Of a stretch of 64,000 nucleotides of DNA, positions 1 through 10,739 are shown one piece after another. The first letter of the stretch is position 1. Each line of letters opens with the position of its first letter. The notes under the pieces are model-generated. The model ran no database searches and was not told the origin of the DNA. It was given only the letters and a program-made list of their open reading frames with translations. Source of the DNA: the human T2T-CHM13v2.0 reference genome, Homo sapiens; the NCBI RefSeq assembly GCF_009914755.1, contig NC_060937.1; one strand, written 5' to 3'. Made by a program: the position numbers and the translations under genes.

Positions 1-207
1 TAGGTAGCCTGAGGTTCCATGGATGATAATGGTGGCGAACATTTGAATTTACTACAGAACACACACTCTTAGCTATTTTAGTGCATATGTTCCCCAAAAT
101 AAGCATTTCTTATGGGAAGGTAAAACCTTGAAATGGTTTACTCGGTGATGATTCACCAGGAAGGTTAATCTTAGCATGGAATCAAACCCAGACTTTCAAT
201 GAGACAG

Positions 208-397
208 GTGAGTGGAAAACTGGTATTATTTGAATTAAAAGGGTTATATTTATTTTACATTGAAACTTTAGTTGGGTTCATATTATTTTGGTTCCGAAGT
301 CACATCCTTTAAATAATCTCTATTTTGATTGAGCACTTAAAGAATTTACTTAAATTTTTATTAAAACCTGTTTGCATAAGCTTTCTTCCCTTCTCAG
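208..397 (+). other. Candidate intron of a spliced, probably non-coding transcript
   Basis: Consensus donor CAG|GTGAGT at 207/208 and strong acceptor ctttcttcccttctcAG at 397/398. The ATG just upstream of the donor reads MESNPDFQ then stop. Confidence 0.45.
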
Positions 398-625
398 CAT
401 TTGCTCAGATACCCTGATGGGCCTGGAAGAGTTGAAATCTTTAAGTGATGACAGCTCTGTCCTGTTAGGTGACAGCTCTCAGGATCTGACAGACAATCCA
501 ATTGGTGTAACAGTGATCAGACTCTTAAGAAGCTAAAATCACCTTCAAATCACAATGAAATATAATGGGGAAGTTTGGAATAAAAAGTAGCCTGCCAATT
601 ATTTTTTCTTTCAAATTATTATCTG

Positions 626-652
626 TACTGACTACATTTTTTTTCCCCACAG
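626..652 (+). other. Candidate 3' splice acceptor with branch point
   Basis: Branch-like tactgac at 626-632, then ttttttttccccacAG ending at 652. Confidence 0.4.
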
Positions 653-1317
653 TTAAATCTTAGAGATAAACATTTTCATTTTCAGAAAGCAAGGCTGATT
701 TAGAAACTTTATCTGAATGTTTCATAGTGAGCAAGTTTATTTGGACTCATTTAAAAATTGAATATAAACATCTTATTTAAAAGAGATGCTTGACATAGAA
801 AATCTTTGCACACTCACCAACAATTTGTTGACTTTTTGGTATAACTCTTAGTACATATTGGAATATTTCATTAAAATCATTTGTCAAGTGGCTTTAAAGT
901 GAATTTAATCCTTAGAAATACTTAGGGGATTTGTTTGGAATGAGGAAAGACAACCAATGCACTGAGAAATGTTTTCTCCAAATTTGAATGTGTTTGAATT
1001 GTGTTTACTATCATACGTACTATCGATTGAATTTTCAGGGTAACTTTGAATTTTCCAGAGATAACTTAAATAATTTATTCATTTGTAGAATCATTTAGAC
1101 ATTAAATGACTTTCCAGGTTTATTGATCAAAATCTTTTCTTCTCAATCTCAACATATTAAAACAGCTTTTATTAAATTCAACATTGAATGATTACATTAA
1201 TTTGTACTATATGTAAATATGTAGTTAAAAAGCTTAATGTTGAGACAGATCTATAAAATTTTTTTCTTGAAAATTTTATAGTAAAATCTTCAGCTTTTAG
1301 GCTATTTGGTGATTTCT

Positions 1318-1498
1318 ATTGGTTGTCCTAGCAACCTGCTCTCCATATTTGCTGCATTGATTGGACATGTCTAACTCATTGTTCCTGAGAGTAGACTTTG
1401 ATATAATTGGATGCAGTGTTATAACATCTCTCTATACTGAAGAATTTATTGGTCATCACTGCATAATGATGGGTTTTCTGTGTCCATGTTTTGATTGG
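1318..1498. promoter_or_regulatory. Candidate NF-Y/RFX regulatory module (five inverted CCAAT boxes plus X-box-like palindrome)
   Basis: ATTGG at 1318, 1360, 1406, 1448 and 1494. gttgtcctagcaac at 1322-1335 resembles the RFX consensus GTTGCCATGGCAAC. Confidence 0.4.
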
Positions 1499-2019
1499 GT
1501 CTAGTTATAGATGAAGGGTCAATTTAAATGAAGAGGGACAACTCCTTATTGTTATCAGTGATAATCTGCAGTTGAAAAAAAAAACCCAAAATTTAAAGTG
1601 TGATTAGTTTAGAAAAACAAAACTGGAGTCATGTTCTGATTTTCTTTCCTAGGGCTTCTCTTTTGATATATAACTTTTCTTTCTGTTATATACATTTTTG
1701 TCAGGCTTTTCTTAGTAAAGCAGATCCAAGGTTACATTTAGTCTCCATATCTAACATGAGAATCTCTGGTTTTCCAGGTTTATTCTTAGGATTCAATTAA
1801 TATGGATGCCTTAGTATTCACTGGTAAGGTTTAAAAGAAAAATAATTTGGAACTATTGCCAAGGCCCAAGATGACCTGGGTTAGGGCACTAATATGGGGT
1901 ATATTGCAATACTTGGGATGCTTTTTTGGAGGCTGTGAAAACTCATCCAATTTAGTACCATTCAAGCAGTACCGACTAGTGATTTTAGGGTGCAGGCTTT
2001 GTCATAGTGTTAATCTAAG

Positions 2020-2190
2020 TTTGTGTATTAATGGCTTGTCCATGGGCAAGATGATTGCTTAGCCTTTTAAGCCTCAGTATCTTTATAAAGTGGGAATAAT
2101 TGTAATAATTAAAATAGTATTTGTCTCATAAAGATGTTATGAGAATTAAATGATCAAGCAACATGTTTAGATATAGTAGGTGCTTAATAG
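2020..2190 (+). mobile_element. MIR SINE fragment
   Basis: gggcaagatgattgcttagcc...gcctcagtatctttataaagtgggaataat...gttatgagaattaaatga resembles the MIR core. Confidence 0.6.
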
Positions 2191-2271
2191 TATTCTTGTT
2201 ATTCTTATGTCAGCTAAACGGGCAGCAGGGGTTGTAGGAAGAGTTAAAGTTATCAGAAAATATTTAATTCA

Positions 2272-3870
2272 TAAAGCAATCTGCAAATTCAAGGCAATCC
2301 CTGTTAAAATTCCAATGTCATTCTTCACAGAAATAGAAAAAACAAATCTGAAATTTGTATGCAATCACAAAAGATCCTGAGTAGCCAAAGCAATCTTGAC
2401 CAAAAAGAACAAAGCAGGAGACTTTGTTCATACAACTGGATTTTAAAATATATTACAAAGGTACAGTAATCAAAATGCATGGTACTGGCATAAAAACAGA
2501 CTGATCAACCAATGGAATAGGACAGAAAGCCCAGAAATAAACCCACACATCTATGGTCAATTGGTTTTTGACAAAGTTGTCAAGAACACACGAGGGGAAT
2601 GAACAGTTTCTTTAATAAATGGTTCTGGGAAAACTGGATATCCAAATGCAGAAGAAAGAAAATGGACTCTTATCTCACCCATTATAGAAGAATATACTAA
2701 AAATAGGTTAAAGACTAAAAAGTAAGACCTGAACCTATAAAACTACTCATAGGAAACATAGAGGAAAAGCTCCATGACATTGGTATATGCAGTGATTTCT
2801 TGGATATAAATCTCAAAGCCCAGGCCATGAAAGCAAAAATAGGCAAATGGGATTGCATCAAACTAAAAAACAACTGCACAGCAAAAGAAACAAGTAATAG
2901 GGAGGAGACAGCTCACAGATTGAGAGAAAATATTTGCAAATCATACATCGGATAAGGGACTAATGTCCAAAACGTACAAGGAACTCAAAGTATTCAACAA
3001 CAAGAAAACAAATAACCCTATTTAAAAAATTAAAATCACATGAGATATCACCTGACACTTGTTACACTGGCTATTATGAAAAAGATGAAAGATAAGTCTT
3101 AGGATGTGGAGAGAAGGGGACCCTTAAATACTATTTGTGGTATTATAAATTAGTATGGCCATTTTGAAAAACATTATGTAGATAATCAAACTAAAAATTA
3201 TCAGATGATCCAGCAATTCCACTTCTCAATATACACCCAAAGGAATTGAAGTCAATATTTAAAAGGTATATCTGCACTTCCATGTTCATTGCAGCATTAT
3301 TTGCAGTAGTCAAGATATTGAAAAAAATCTAAGTGTCTGTCAACTGATGACAAACTTTAAAAATGTAGTATATATACACAATGAAATACCATTCAGCCTT
3401 AAAATACTGAGGAAATTGTGTTTTGTGACAACATGAATGAATCTACAGGACATTGTGTTAAATGAAATAAGCCAGGTATAGAGAGTTAAATACCATACAA
3501 TCTCAATTACATGTGGAATCTGAAAAAGTTGGATTCATAGAAGTAGAGTGGAATGGTGGCTGTCAAAGTCTGAAGATGGGGGAGAATGAAGGGGGGAGAC
3601 ATTGGTCAATAGGTACAACATTTCAGTTAGACAGGATGAATAAGTTCTGGTCTATTTCACACCATGACGACTGTAGTTAAAAATAATGCATTGTATATTT
3701 CAAAATAGCTAAAAAGATTTTAAATGTCACCACAAAGAAATGATTAAAATTTGAGATAAATATGGTAATTAGCTCAATTTGATCATTCTACAATGTATAC
3801 ATGTATCAAAACATTTTATCCCATAAATATATATGATTATTATTTGTTAATCAAAAATAAATTAAAAATA
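2272..3870 (+). mobile_element. L1MA-class LINE-1 (ORF2 3' part plus 3' UTR), 5'-truncated, with an internal deletion near 3030
   Basis: ORF 2180-2380 ends KAICKFKAIPVKIPMSFFTEIEKTNLKFVCNHKR, which is L1 ORF2. The L1MA-type 3' UTR (ttggtcaataggtacaacatttcagttagacagg...) ends in an A-rich tail. Confidence 0.9.
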
Positions 3871-4189
3871 TTCATCTTTTGCTGAGGACCCACTGCTCCA
3901 GGGACTGGGTTAGGCAGTTGAACAGACATGCATGGGACAAGAACAGGGAAGTTTTCTTCTTTATATAATTCTGTACTTTCTACATTTTATGCCATAAATT
4001 GTTTTTTCGATTTTACAGTTTTCTTAATGTGAAAATATGTTGTCCTTTGTTATATTACTTATATATAACAATATATTGTTATATTACCTGTTAATACAAC
4101 TTCAGGGAATTGAGTCCCTTAGAAAGATTTGACAGGATAATAGTTCCCATTAGTACTGCAATAGGGTGTGTGAGCTACCTTCAGGAGGT

Positions 4190-4480
4190 TGGGGACATAG
4201 TTTAGGAGTCAGACAAACATGAGCTTGAGCCCAAGCTGTTAGGTTGGTGCAAAAGCAATCGTGGTTTTTACCATTAAAAGTAAAGCAAAAACCACAATCA
4301 CTTAATACATGAGTAGCAAACTGTGGCATATTAGAAATTTTACTTCATCTCTCTGGATCTGTTTTCCGATCTGTAATATAAGAGTGATGGTATATTCTTT
4401 GCATGGTTGTTGAGAGGTTAGATTAAGGGAGCATTTCTGTATAGTGCATTTAATGAAAAGTCTGACCCATAAAATTGATC
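4190..4480 (+). mobile_element. MIR SINE interrupted by MADE1
   Basis: ggagtcagacaaacatgagcttgagcccaagct...cttcatctctctggatctgttttccgatctgtaa...ggttgttgagagg. Confidence 0.55.
4239..4306. mobile_element. MADE1 (Hsmar1-derived MITE), right TIR partly deleted
   Basis: ttaggttggtgcaaaagcaatcgtggtttttaccattaaaagtaaagcaaaaaccacaatcactt matches the MADE1 palindrome. The terminal ttgcaccaacc is missing. Confidence 0.85.
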
Positions 4481-5169
4481 ATGTATTGGTGGCTATTAGC
4501 ATTAACTGAAAGATTGTTGAGGTCAAATTCCTCTTTTACTGGTGAGGAAACTGATGCACATGAAAGTTACATAACTTTTCTGAGATCTTCCAGGTAGTAT
4601 TTCCACTAAACAGGTGTTTCCAAAATGTCAGGTATTGAGTATGATCTTGCATTTTTTTCTGTATTTATATAATACCCTGGTATTATTTACTTAAGATTGT
4701 TCTTTATATTTAATTGCTTTTTCATTTAAATCAATTTGTTTAGAAACTATATATTGTTTTAAATATAAATTTAATATCATGTATTATAAACAAAGGGTAA
4801 TTATAAAATTATGTAACAAAAACAATGTTGTTATATTTTAGCTAGATACTAAAATAGTTAGAAGCAATTTATATACCAAAGAGATAATAGCTTGGGAGAG
4901 GAGAAGTTTTAAGAGACCATAGCACTTCATGACATCAAGGAATTGGTACACTGGTAGTAAGAAATAGGAAAGCAGTTAGATGTTAAGTTATGGTAAGGGA
5001 CTGGCCATTTGCACTTTTGGATATCAGAAATGGATTGGAATGGGTGATAATGTATAAAGATTGGTCATGGGGGTGAGTGCTGAACCAGAGTAAGATGCCA
5101 TTTCTATTTCAGAAAGATGTGAAACCATCACATACTACTCATCAGATTTCCTAAAAGGATTTGGCTTGT

Positions 5170-5310
5170 TACCCAAAATGATAACTATGTGAGGCAATAT
5201 ATATGTTAATTAGCTAGCTTTAGTCATTCCATAATGTATATATATATACTTCAAAGCATCATGTTGTACATAATAAATACATGCAATTTTATGTCAATTT
5301 AAATAATAAA
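5170..5310 (+). mobile_element. L1MA 3'-end tip
   Basis: aaatgataactatgtgaggcaatatatatgttaattagct...catcatgttgtacataataaatacatgcaatttt is an L1MA terminal motif. Confidence 0.75.
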
Positions 5311-5420
5311 AGTGCCTAGTTTCTTTATTCTAAGTAATTCCTTAGCCATCCATCCCACCTTTCTGTTGTTCTCATTTAGTAAGATGGTTTTATATCAGCT
5401 GTTGCTGTTACTCTTATGCT

Positions 5421-5479
5421 AATGCATTGAACATGAGTTTTGCAGCAGGAAAATGCATTGAACATGAGTTTTGCAGCAG
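5421..5479. repeat. Perfect 28-bp direct repeat with a 3-nt spacer
   Basis: aatgcattgaacatgagttttgcagcag at 5421-5448 and 5452-5479, spacer gaa. Confidence 0.95.
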
Positions 5480-7737
5480 TAGGGCAATCCATTTTCAGTG
5501 ACAGGTTGTAATGAACGGAGAGGGTTACACTATCAAATGCACTTCTGGTTGGAGTGATGGAAGTCCAGCATATACAATAGTCAAATAGTCAAAAAATGGC
5601 CTTTTGCATGCTGGTTAGAAATATCTAATATGACCACATTCAGAAAAGATGGTGTAAGGCATGTTGGAAAGAAACCTTTCTACTAGAGGCTAATTCTCCA
5701 GAATTTTCTTTAGCAACCTGTGAGTGATTGCGCTCTGTCTCAGTCAATATTGCAGGGAGGCAGTTAGTGAAGCACATAGCTGAAAATGTACAATATTTCT
5801 TAAAATGTGGAAGAAATAAAGGAAATCATTAATATGACTAAGAAACTGGGAAAACCTTCCCATCCCTAAAAACTATTTTTTCTTTTACTTCAATTCTCTT
5901 CCTCATTTTTGTTTTCTTTGTTTACATTTTTCTCTGACAGAACATCCTTTAATTTTTCAAGAACTGTAGCTTTGCCATCTCCTAGTTTCATCTTGTTATT
6001 TCATGAGAATAACTCACAAAGGAGAAATTTTCAGTTTAGAGAAATAAAGGCTTAAAAACATTGTAATCAAAACATGTGAAGCATATGCACAGGGTGGATA
6101 TTAATTAAGATAAAGCAGGTTACCCCCCACATTCCAAAATACCAAGAATATTGTTATCCAGTAAAGCTTAAAAAACAATAGATTTAAGATGAAAAAAGGA
6201 ACGATGGGTATTTAAGGAATCTATCCTGAGATTTTTAAAGAATACATAGAATTCAAATTAAAAATATATAGAAATATTTATAAAATTATAAATATCAATG
6301 AAGCATAACATTTCCCACATCAAATGCAAGAAAATATATCCAACTATATATGCATTTTCTTTGTACTCTCAATGAGTTTCTACTGAAGCCAACTCTGAAA
6401 GTGGAAGGTTGGTTAACTGGTGGTATGAGGATGAGCAGTTGGATAGATATAAAATTTGAGGGAAGGGAAGCAAGAAAACTATACAAACATTTTTTGTGAA
6501 GAACTTCGTGGTAAATGCATTGATGAAGCTACTCAAATGATCTTTGCTATAGTTTCATCTCTAACGTGATGGTAATTTTTCCACTGGCTGGAATGCTAGA
6601 CAAAGTATTGTCATAAATTGCTTTCTTCCTATTTCTTTATAGGATATATTATGGATTTTTTCAGGTTGAAGCTATGAACAGTGCTGAACTAGACATTTTC
6701 TTTGCCTCAGAATCCTATACTAAGCTTGTGAACCATTTTTACTTTCTATTATTTAAATTTTCCTTTAACACCATCATTTGCCTTTCTTTTCAGAACTACT
6801 TTTTCCCAAGGAGTGTGTGTGTGTGTGCATGTTGTGTCTGTTTTAAGTAATACCCAATTGTAGCAAATTGTCCAAAACACATATGTCTGTGTCTTCTGGG
6901 TATGGAACACAATGTTGCCACATGGATCTGAATTTTTCAAAATATTCTTTAAAAAACCATAAGATCAACAAGGGAGTGCAAATAAAACTATGTAACCCAC
7001 ACTTTCAGTATTACTAGGAGAAAGAAAATACAACAAAATTAAATGACCTGTAAGTAAAAAAATAAACATCAAATCCCAACAGACATACCAATAGAGCTTC
7101 AGCGGTGACTTCAGCTAGTGTATGCAGAGAGCAGAGTCTGAAGAGACTATAAAACTGATTGGAAAAACAGAGCACATACATAAAGTACAAAATTCATTGC
7201 CAGGAAGAGAAAGTCTAACATTAATGCCTAAATACTGAGCTCATAGGTTTGGGATTTGGCAGTTCACAGCACCAGCTACAAGGAAAGGGCTTGAAAGTGT
7301 GAAACCATAGGTGACAACCTGGAAGAGTCACTGTTTTTGGAGAACAAGGAAAGATAAATGGAGAAGGGGTGGCGGCCTCTTAAAGATGTTGAAGAGGGTA
7401 AGAAACAAACTTAAAGGGGAAATTAAGGATCCTGTAGAAGGAAAGGAAAAAGATGCACCAACCTTTATTCTTCCTTAATCACCACCATCACTGACACGAT
7501 CTACTTTAATAGCACCAAGGAGAAAAATTATATGATTATCCCCATAGCTGTTGAAAAAGCCCTTGATGTAATGAAATACATACATAATCCTAAAGCTAGA
7601 ATCTTAATTAGAAACAGGAAAAGAGAGGCATTTCCAGTAATAACAGGCAAAAAGCAAAGAATATCCACTGTCCCCACTACTATTTACCATATTGGAGGTT
7701 GTACTTAATGCAGTCAGTCAAAAGAAATCGATTAGAG

Positions 7738-8414
7738 CAAGAGTCCCCAACCCTAGGCCATGGACTGCTACCATTCCATGGCCTGTTGGGAACTGGACTG
7801 CATAGCAGGAGGTAAGTGGAGGGCAAGCGAGCATTACCACCTGATATAGTTTGACTGTGTCCCCACCCAAATCTCATTTTGAATTCCCATGTGTTCTGGG
7901 AGGGAGCTGGTAGGAGGTAATTGAGTCATGGGGGTAGGTCTTTCCCATGCTGTTCTCATGACAGTGAATAAATCTCACAAGATCTGATGGTTTCATAAGT
8001 GGGAGTTTCCCTGCACAAGTTCTCTTTTCTTGTCTGCTGCCATGTAAGACATGCCTTTAACCTTCTGCCGTGATTGTAACTCCTCCCTAGCCATGTGGAA
8101 CTATAAGTGCATTAAACCTCTTTCTTTTGTAAATTGCCCAGTCTCATGTATGTATTAGCGGCATGAAAATGGACTAATATACCACCTGAGCTCTGCTTCC
8201 TGTCAGATCAGCAGTGGTATTAGATTCTTATGGAAGTGAACCCTATTGTGAACTGCACGTACAAGGGACCTAGGCTGTATGCTCCTTATGAGAATTTAAT
8301 GCTTGATGATCTGAGGTAGAACAGTTTTATCCTGAAATCATCCCCCCAGCCATCTATGGAAAAATTGTTTTCTACAGAACTGGTCCCTCATGTTAAAAAG
8401 GTTGAGGACTGCTG
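7738..8414 (+). mobile_element. MER1B hAT-Charlie DNA transposon, split by a THE1 LTR
   Basis: Starts caagagtccccaacc and ends ggttgaggactgctg. The 8-bp TSD-like gattagag is at 7730-7737 and 8414-8421. Confidence 0.9.
7842..8181 (+). mobile_element. THE1 (MaLR) solo LTR, THE1B/C-like
   Basis: tgatatagtttgactgtgtccccacccaaatctc...gaaaatggactaatata. The 5-bp TSD ccacc is at 7837-7841 and 8182-8186. Confidence 0.93.
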
Positions 8415-8923
8415 ATTAGAGGAACAGGATTGGGGGGAAAAAAAACCCTACCAAAATTATCTCTATTTGCAGATGAAATAGTGTACCTGAAAAACTCTAG
8501 AGAATCAAAATAGATCTAACACAAACAATAAAAGAACTCAGCACAGTAGCTAGATATAAAATTAACATGCAAAAATCAATAACATACATGTACACAAACA
8601 ACCAGAAGTTATAAAAAGAAAATCCCATTTATGATAGTGAGGAAGAAATAATACATGTAAGAATAAATTTAACAAGTGTTCATAACCTCTATGAAATACT
8701 CCTGAATGTTTCAAAAGTAGGCTTGAATAAATGGAAATACATCCTATGTTCTTGGTTAGGATGCCTTAATATTATTAAGATGTCAGTTCTCTCCAAAAGA
8801 TTACTTATACATTTATTGTAATCCCAATAAAAATACCAATAAGTTTTTCTTTCTTTCCTGGAGCTAGTCATGTTGATACCACCTGATGATTAATTTTGTG
8901 CCAAAATTTTGTGCCAAAGTTCA

Positions 8924-9468
8924 CCTGATGATTAATTTTGTGCCAACTTGACTGGGTTAAGGGATACCCAGACAGCTGGTAAAACATTTCTGGGTTTGTC
9001 AGTGTGGGTGTTTCCAGAAGAGAATCAGTGAACTGAGTAAAGAGCCCTCTTCACCACCCACAATGTGGGCCAACATCATCCAATCTGTTGAGGACCCAGA
9101 TAGAACAAAAAAGCAGAGGAAAGATGAATTCACTTTCTCTTCTTGAGCTGGGACATCCATCTTTTCCTGCTTTCAGACACTGGGGCTCATGGTTCTTGGG
9201 TCTTTTGACTACAGGAGTTACACCAAAGGCTCTCCTTTCTCAGGCTTTCAGACTCAAACTGAGTTACACCATTGGCTCCCCTGGTTCTCAGGACTTTGGA
9301 CTCAGGCTGAATGACCCCACCAGCTTTCCTGCTTCCCCAGCTTGCAGACAGCAGATTGTGGGACTTCTTGGCCTCCATAATCTTGTTAGCCAGTGTGCAT
9401 AATAAATCCCCTCTTATTTACGTATATATGTATATATCCTATTCTATTTCTTTGGAAACCCTAATACA
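8924..9468 (+). mobile_element. MLT2B-like ERVL solo LTR
   Basis: tgatgattaattttgtgccaacttgactgggttaagggatacccagacagctggtaaaaca...ccctaataca. The 5-bp TSD gttca is at 8919-8923 and 9469-9473. Confidence 0.88.
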
Positions 9469-10739
9469 GTTCATGTGAAAGTTAATATGCAAGAATAGGA
9501 AGACACTGAAAATTAAGATCTATAATTAAATCAGTATGTGGTATTGGCACATAGATAGACCAATGGAATACAACTCTGGAAATAAAACCAACCCCAGGTG
9601 AAAATTATTTGAAAAAGATGTATATCAAATCACTGGAACAAAAATGAGCTTTTAAAATAACTGATGTTAAGACAAATGGATAACCACTTGATAAAGAATA
9701 AATTTAGATTAATTTCTCATAACACATATGAGTTTTATGTCAAAAGGTAGGTAAATTTGAAAGAAGTAACTATTTTGCAGACATTATATTAAAAACTGAT
9801 TCAAATAAGAATTTTCAGTGAGTGTTAAAACTAGGGAGGAAAGTTTAATAAAGAGTAGGATATTTGCCTAGTCTCAGTTGTCTCCTCACAGAATGCTCAC
9901 GTTGCAGCTATACTGTGCTGAAACTGGACAACAAATTGACTTGGTAATCAAAATTAACACTAATTAGTGGCAGGTGGACATCCTGTGCCTCCAGATACAT
10001 TGTTCTGAGAAGGACAAAACATAATCTATGGGGTATTCAAACTAAGGATGCTTAATTTACTCAGGAGGAAATAACAGTCAAACCCCAATTGAGTAACTCT
10101 CCATAAAATACTATATTCTTCAATAATGTCCATGTTGTGAAAGACAAAGGCCAAGGAAATGTTCTGGATTGAAAGACGCTAGAAAGACGTGACAACAGAT
10201 TTGATATGTGGTCTTAGACTAGATTCTGTGCTGCAGGAAAAAAGTGTTACAAAATACATTATTGGATCAATGAATAAAATTGGAAAAGGAATGTATATTA
10301 AAGTATTGTATAAATATAAAATTTCCTGAATTTGATAATCATAATCTGATTATGTAAGATAATTTTCTCATTTTTAGGAAATACATATTTAAGTATCGAG
10401 GTTAAAAAGGGGCATGATGTATGGATCACTTTCAAATGGTTTAGAAAAAGTAAATTATACACATATATATTTATACCTATGTCTAGCTATCAGAAAGAAT
10501 GATAAAGCAAGTGTGGCAAAATATTAAAGTTTGGTAGATATAGATAGGAGATAAACAGAAATTCTCTTTACTACTCTTAGAACTTTTTTGTAAGTTTGAA
10601 ATTATTTCAAAACAAAAAATTAAAACACATACGTGTAAAATTTTGAAAAAGTTTATTCCATGGTTATTCCATTGTATTCCACACAAGGTAGAAAATAAGA
10701 CAGAAAAGGGAAGAAACTTACCCTCCAAGAATATATTGG

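Larger units (their letters stand above)
7520..10625 (+). mobile_element. Old L1 (L1M ORF2 remnants then an L1MC4-like 3' UTR), interrupted by MER1B/THE1 and MLT2
   Basis: RT-region remnants (gctgttgaaaaagcccttgat; aaattatctctatttgcagatga). The L1MC-type 3' end aagtttgaaattatttcaaaacaaaaaatt is at about 10590-10625. Confidence 0.7.

Noticed and set aside
445-489. C-box (GTGATGA) and D-box (CTGA) suggesting a C/D snoRNA
   Set aside because: Only about 45 nt long with no terminal stem, which is too short.
1318-1498. Regularly spaced motif as a CRISPR-like array
   Set aside because: The repeat core is only 5 bp, the context is primate DNA and there are no cas genes. It is reported as a CCAAT array instead.
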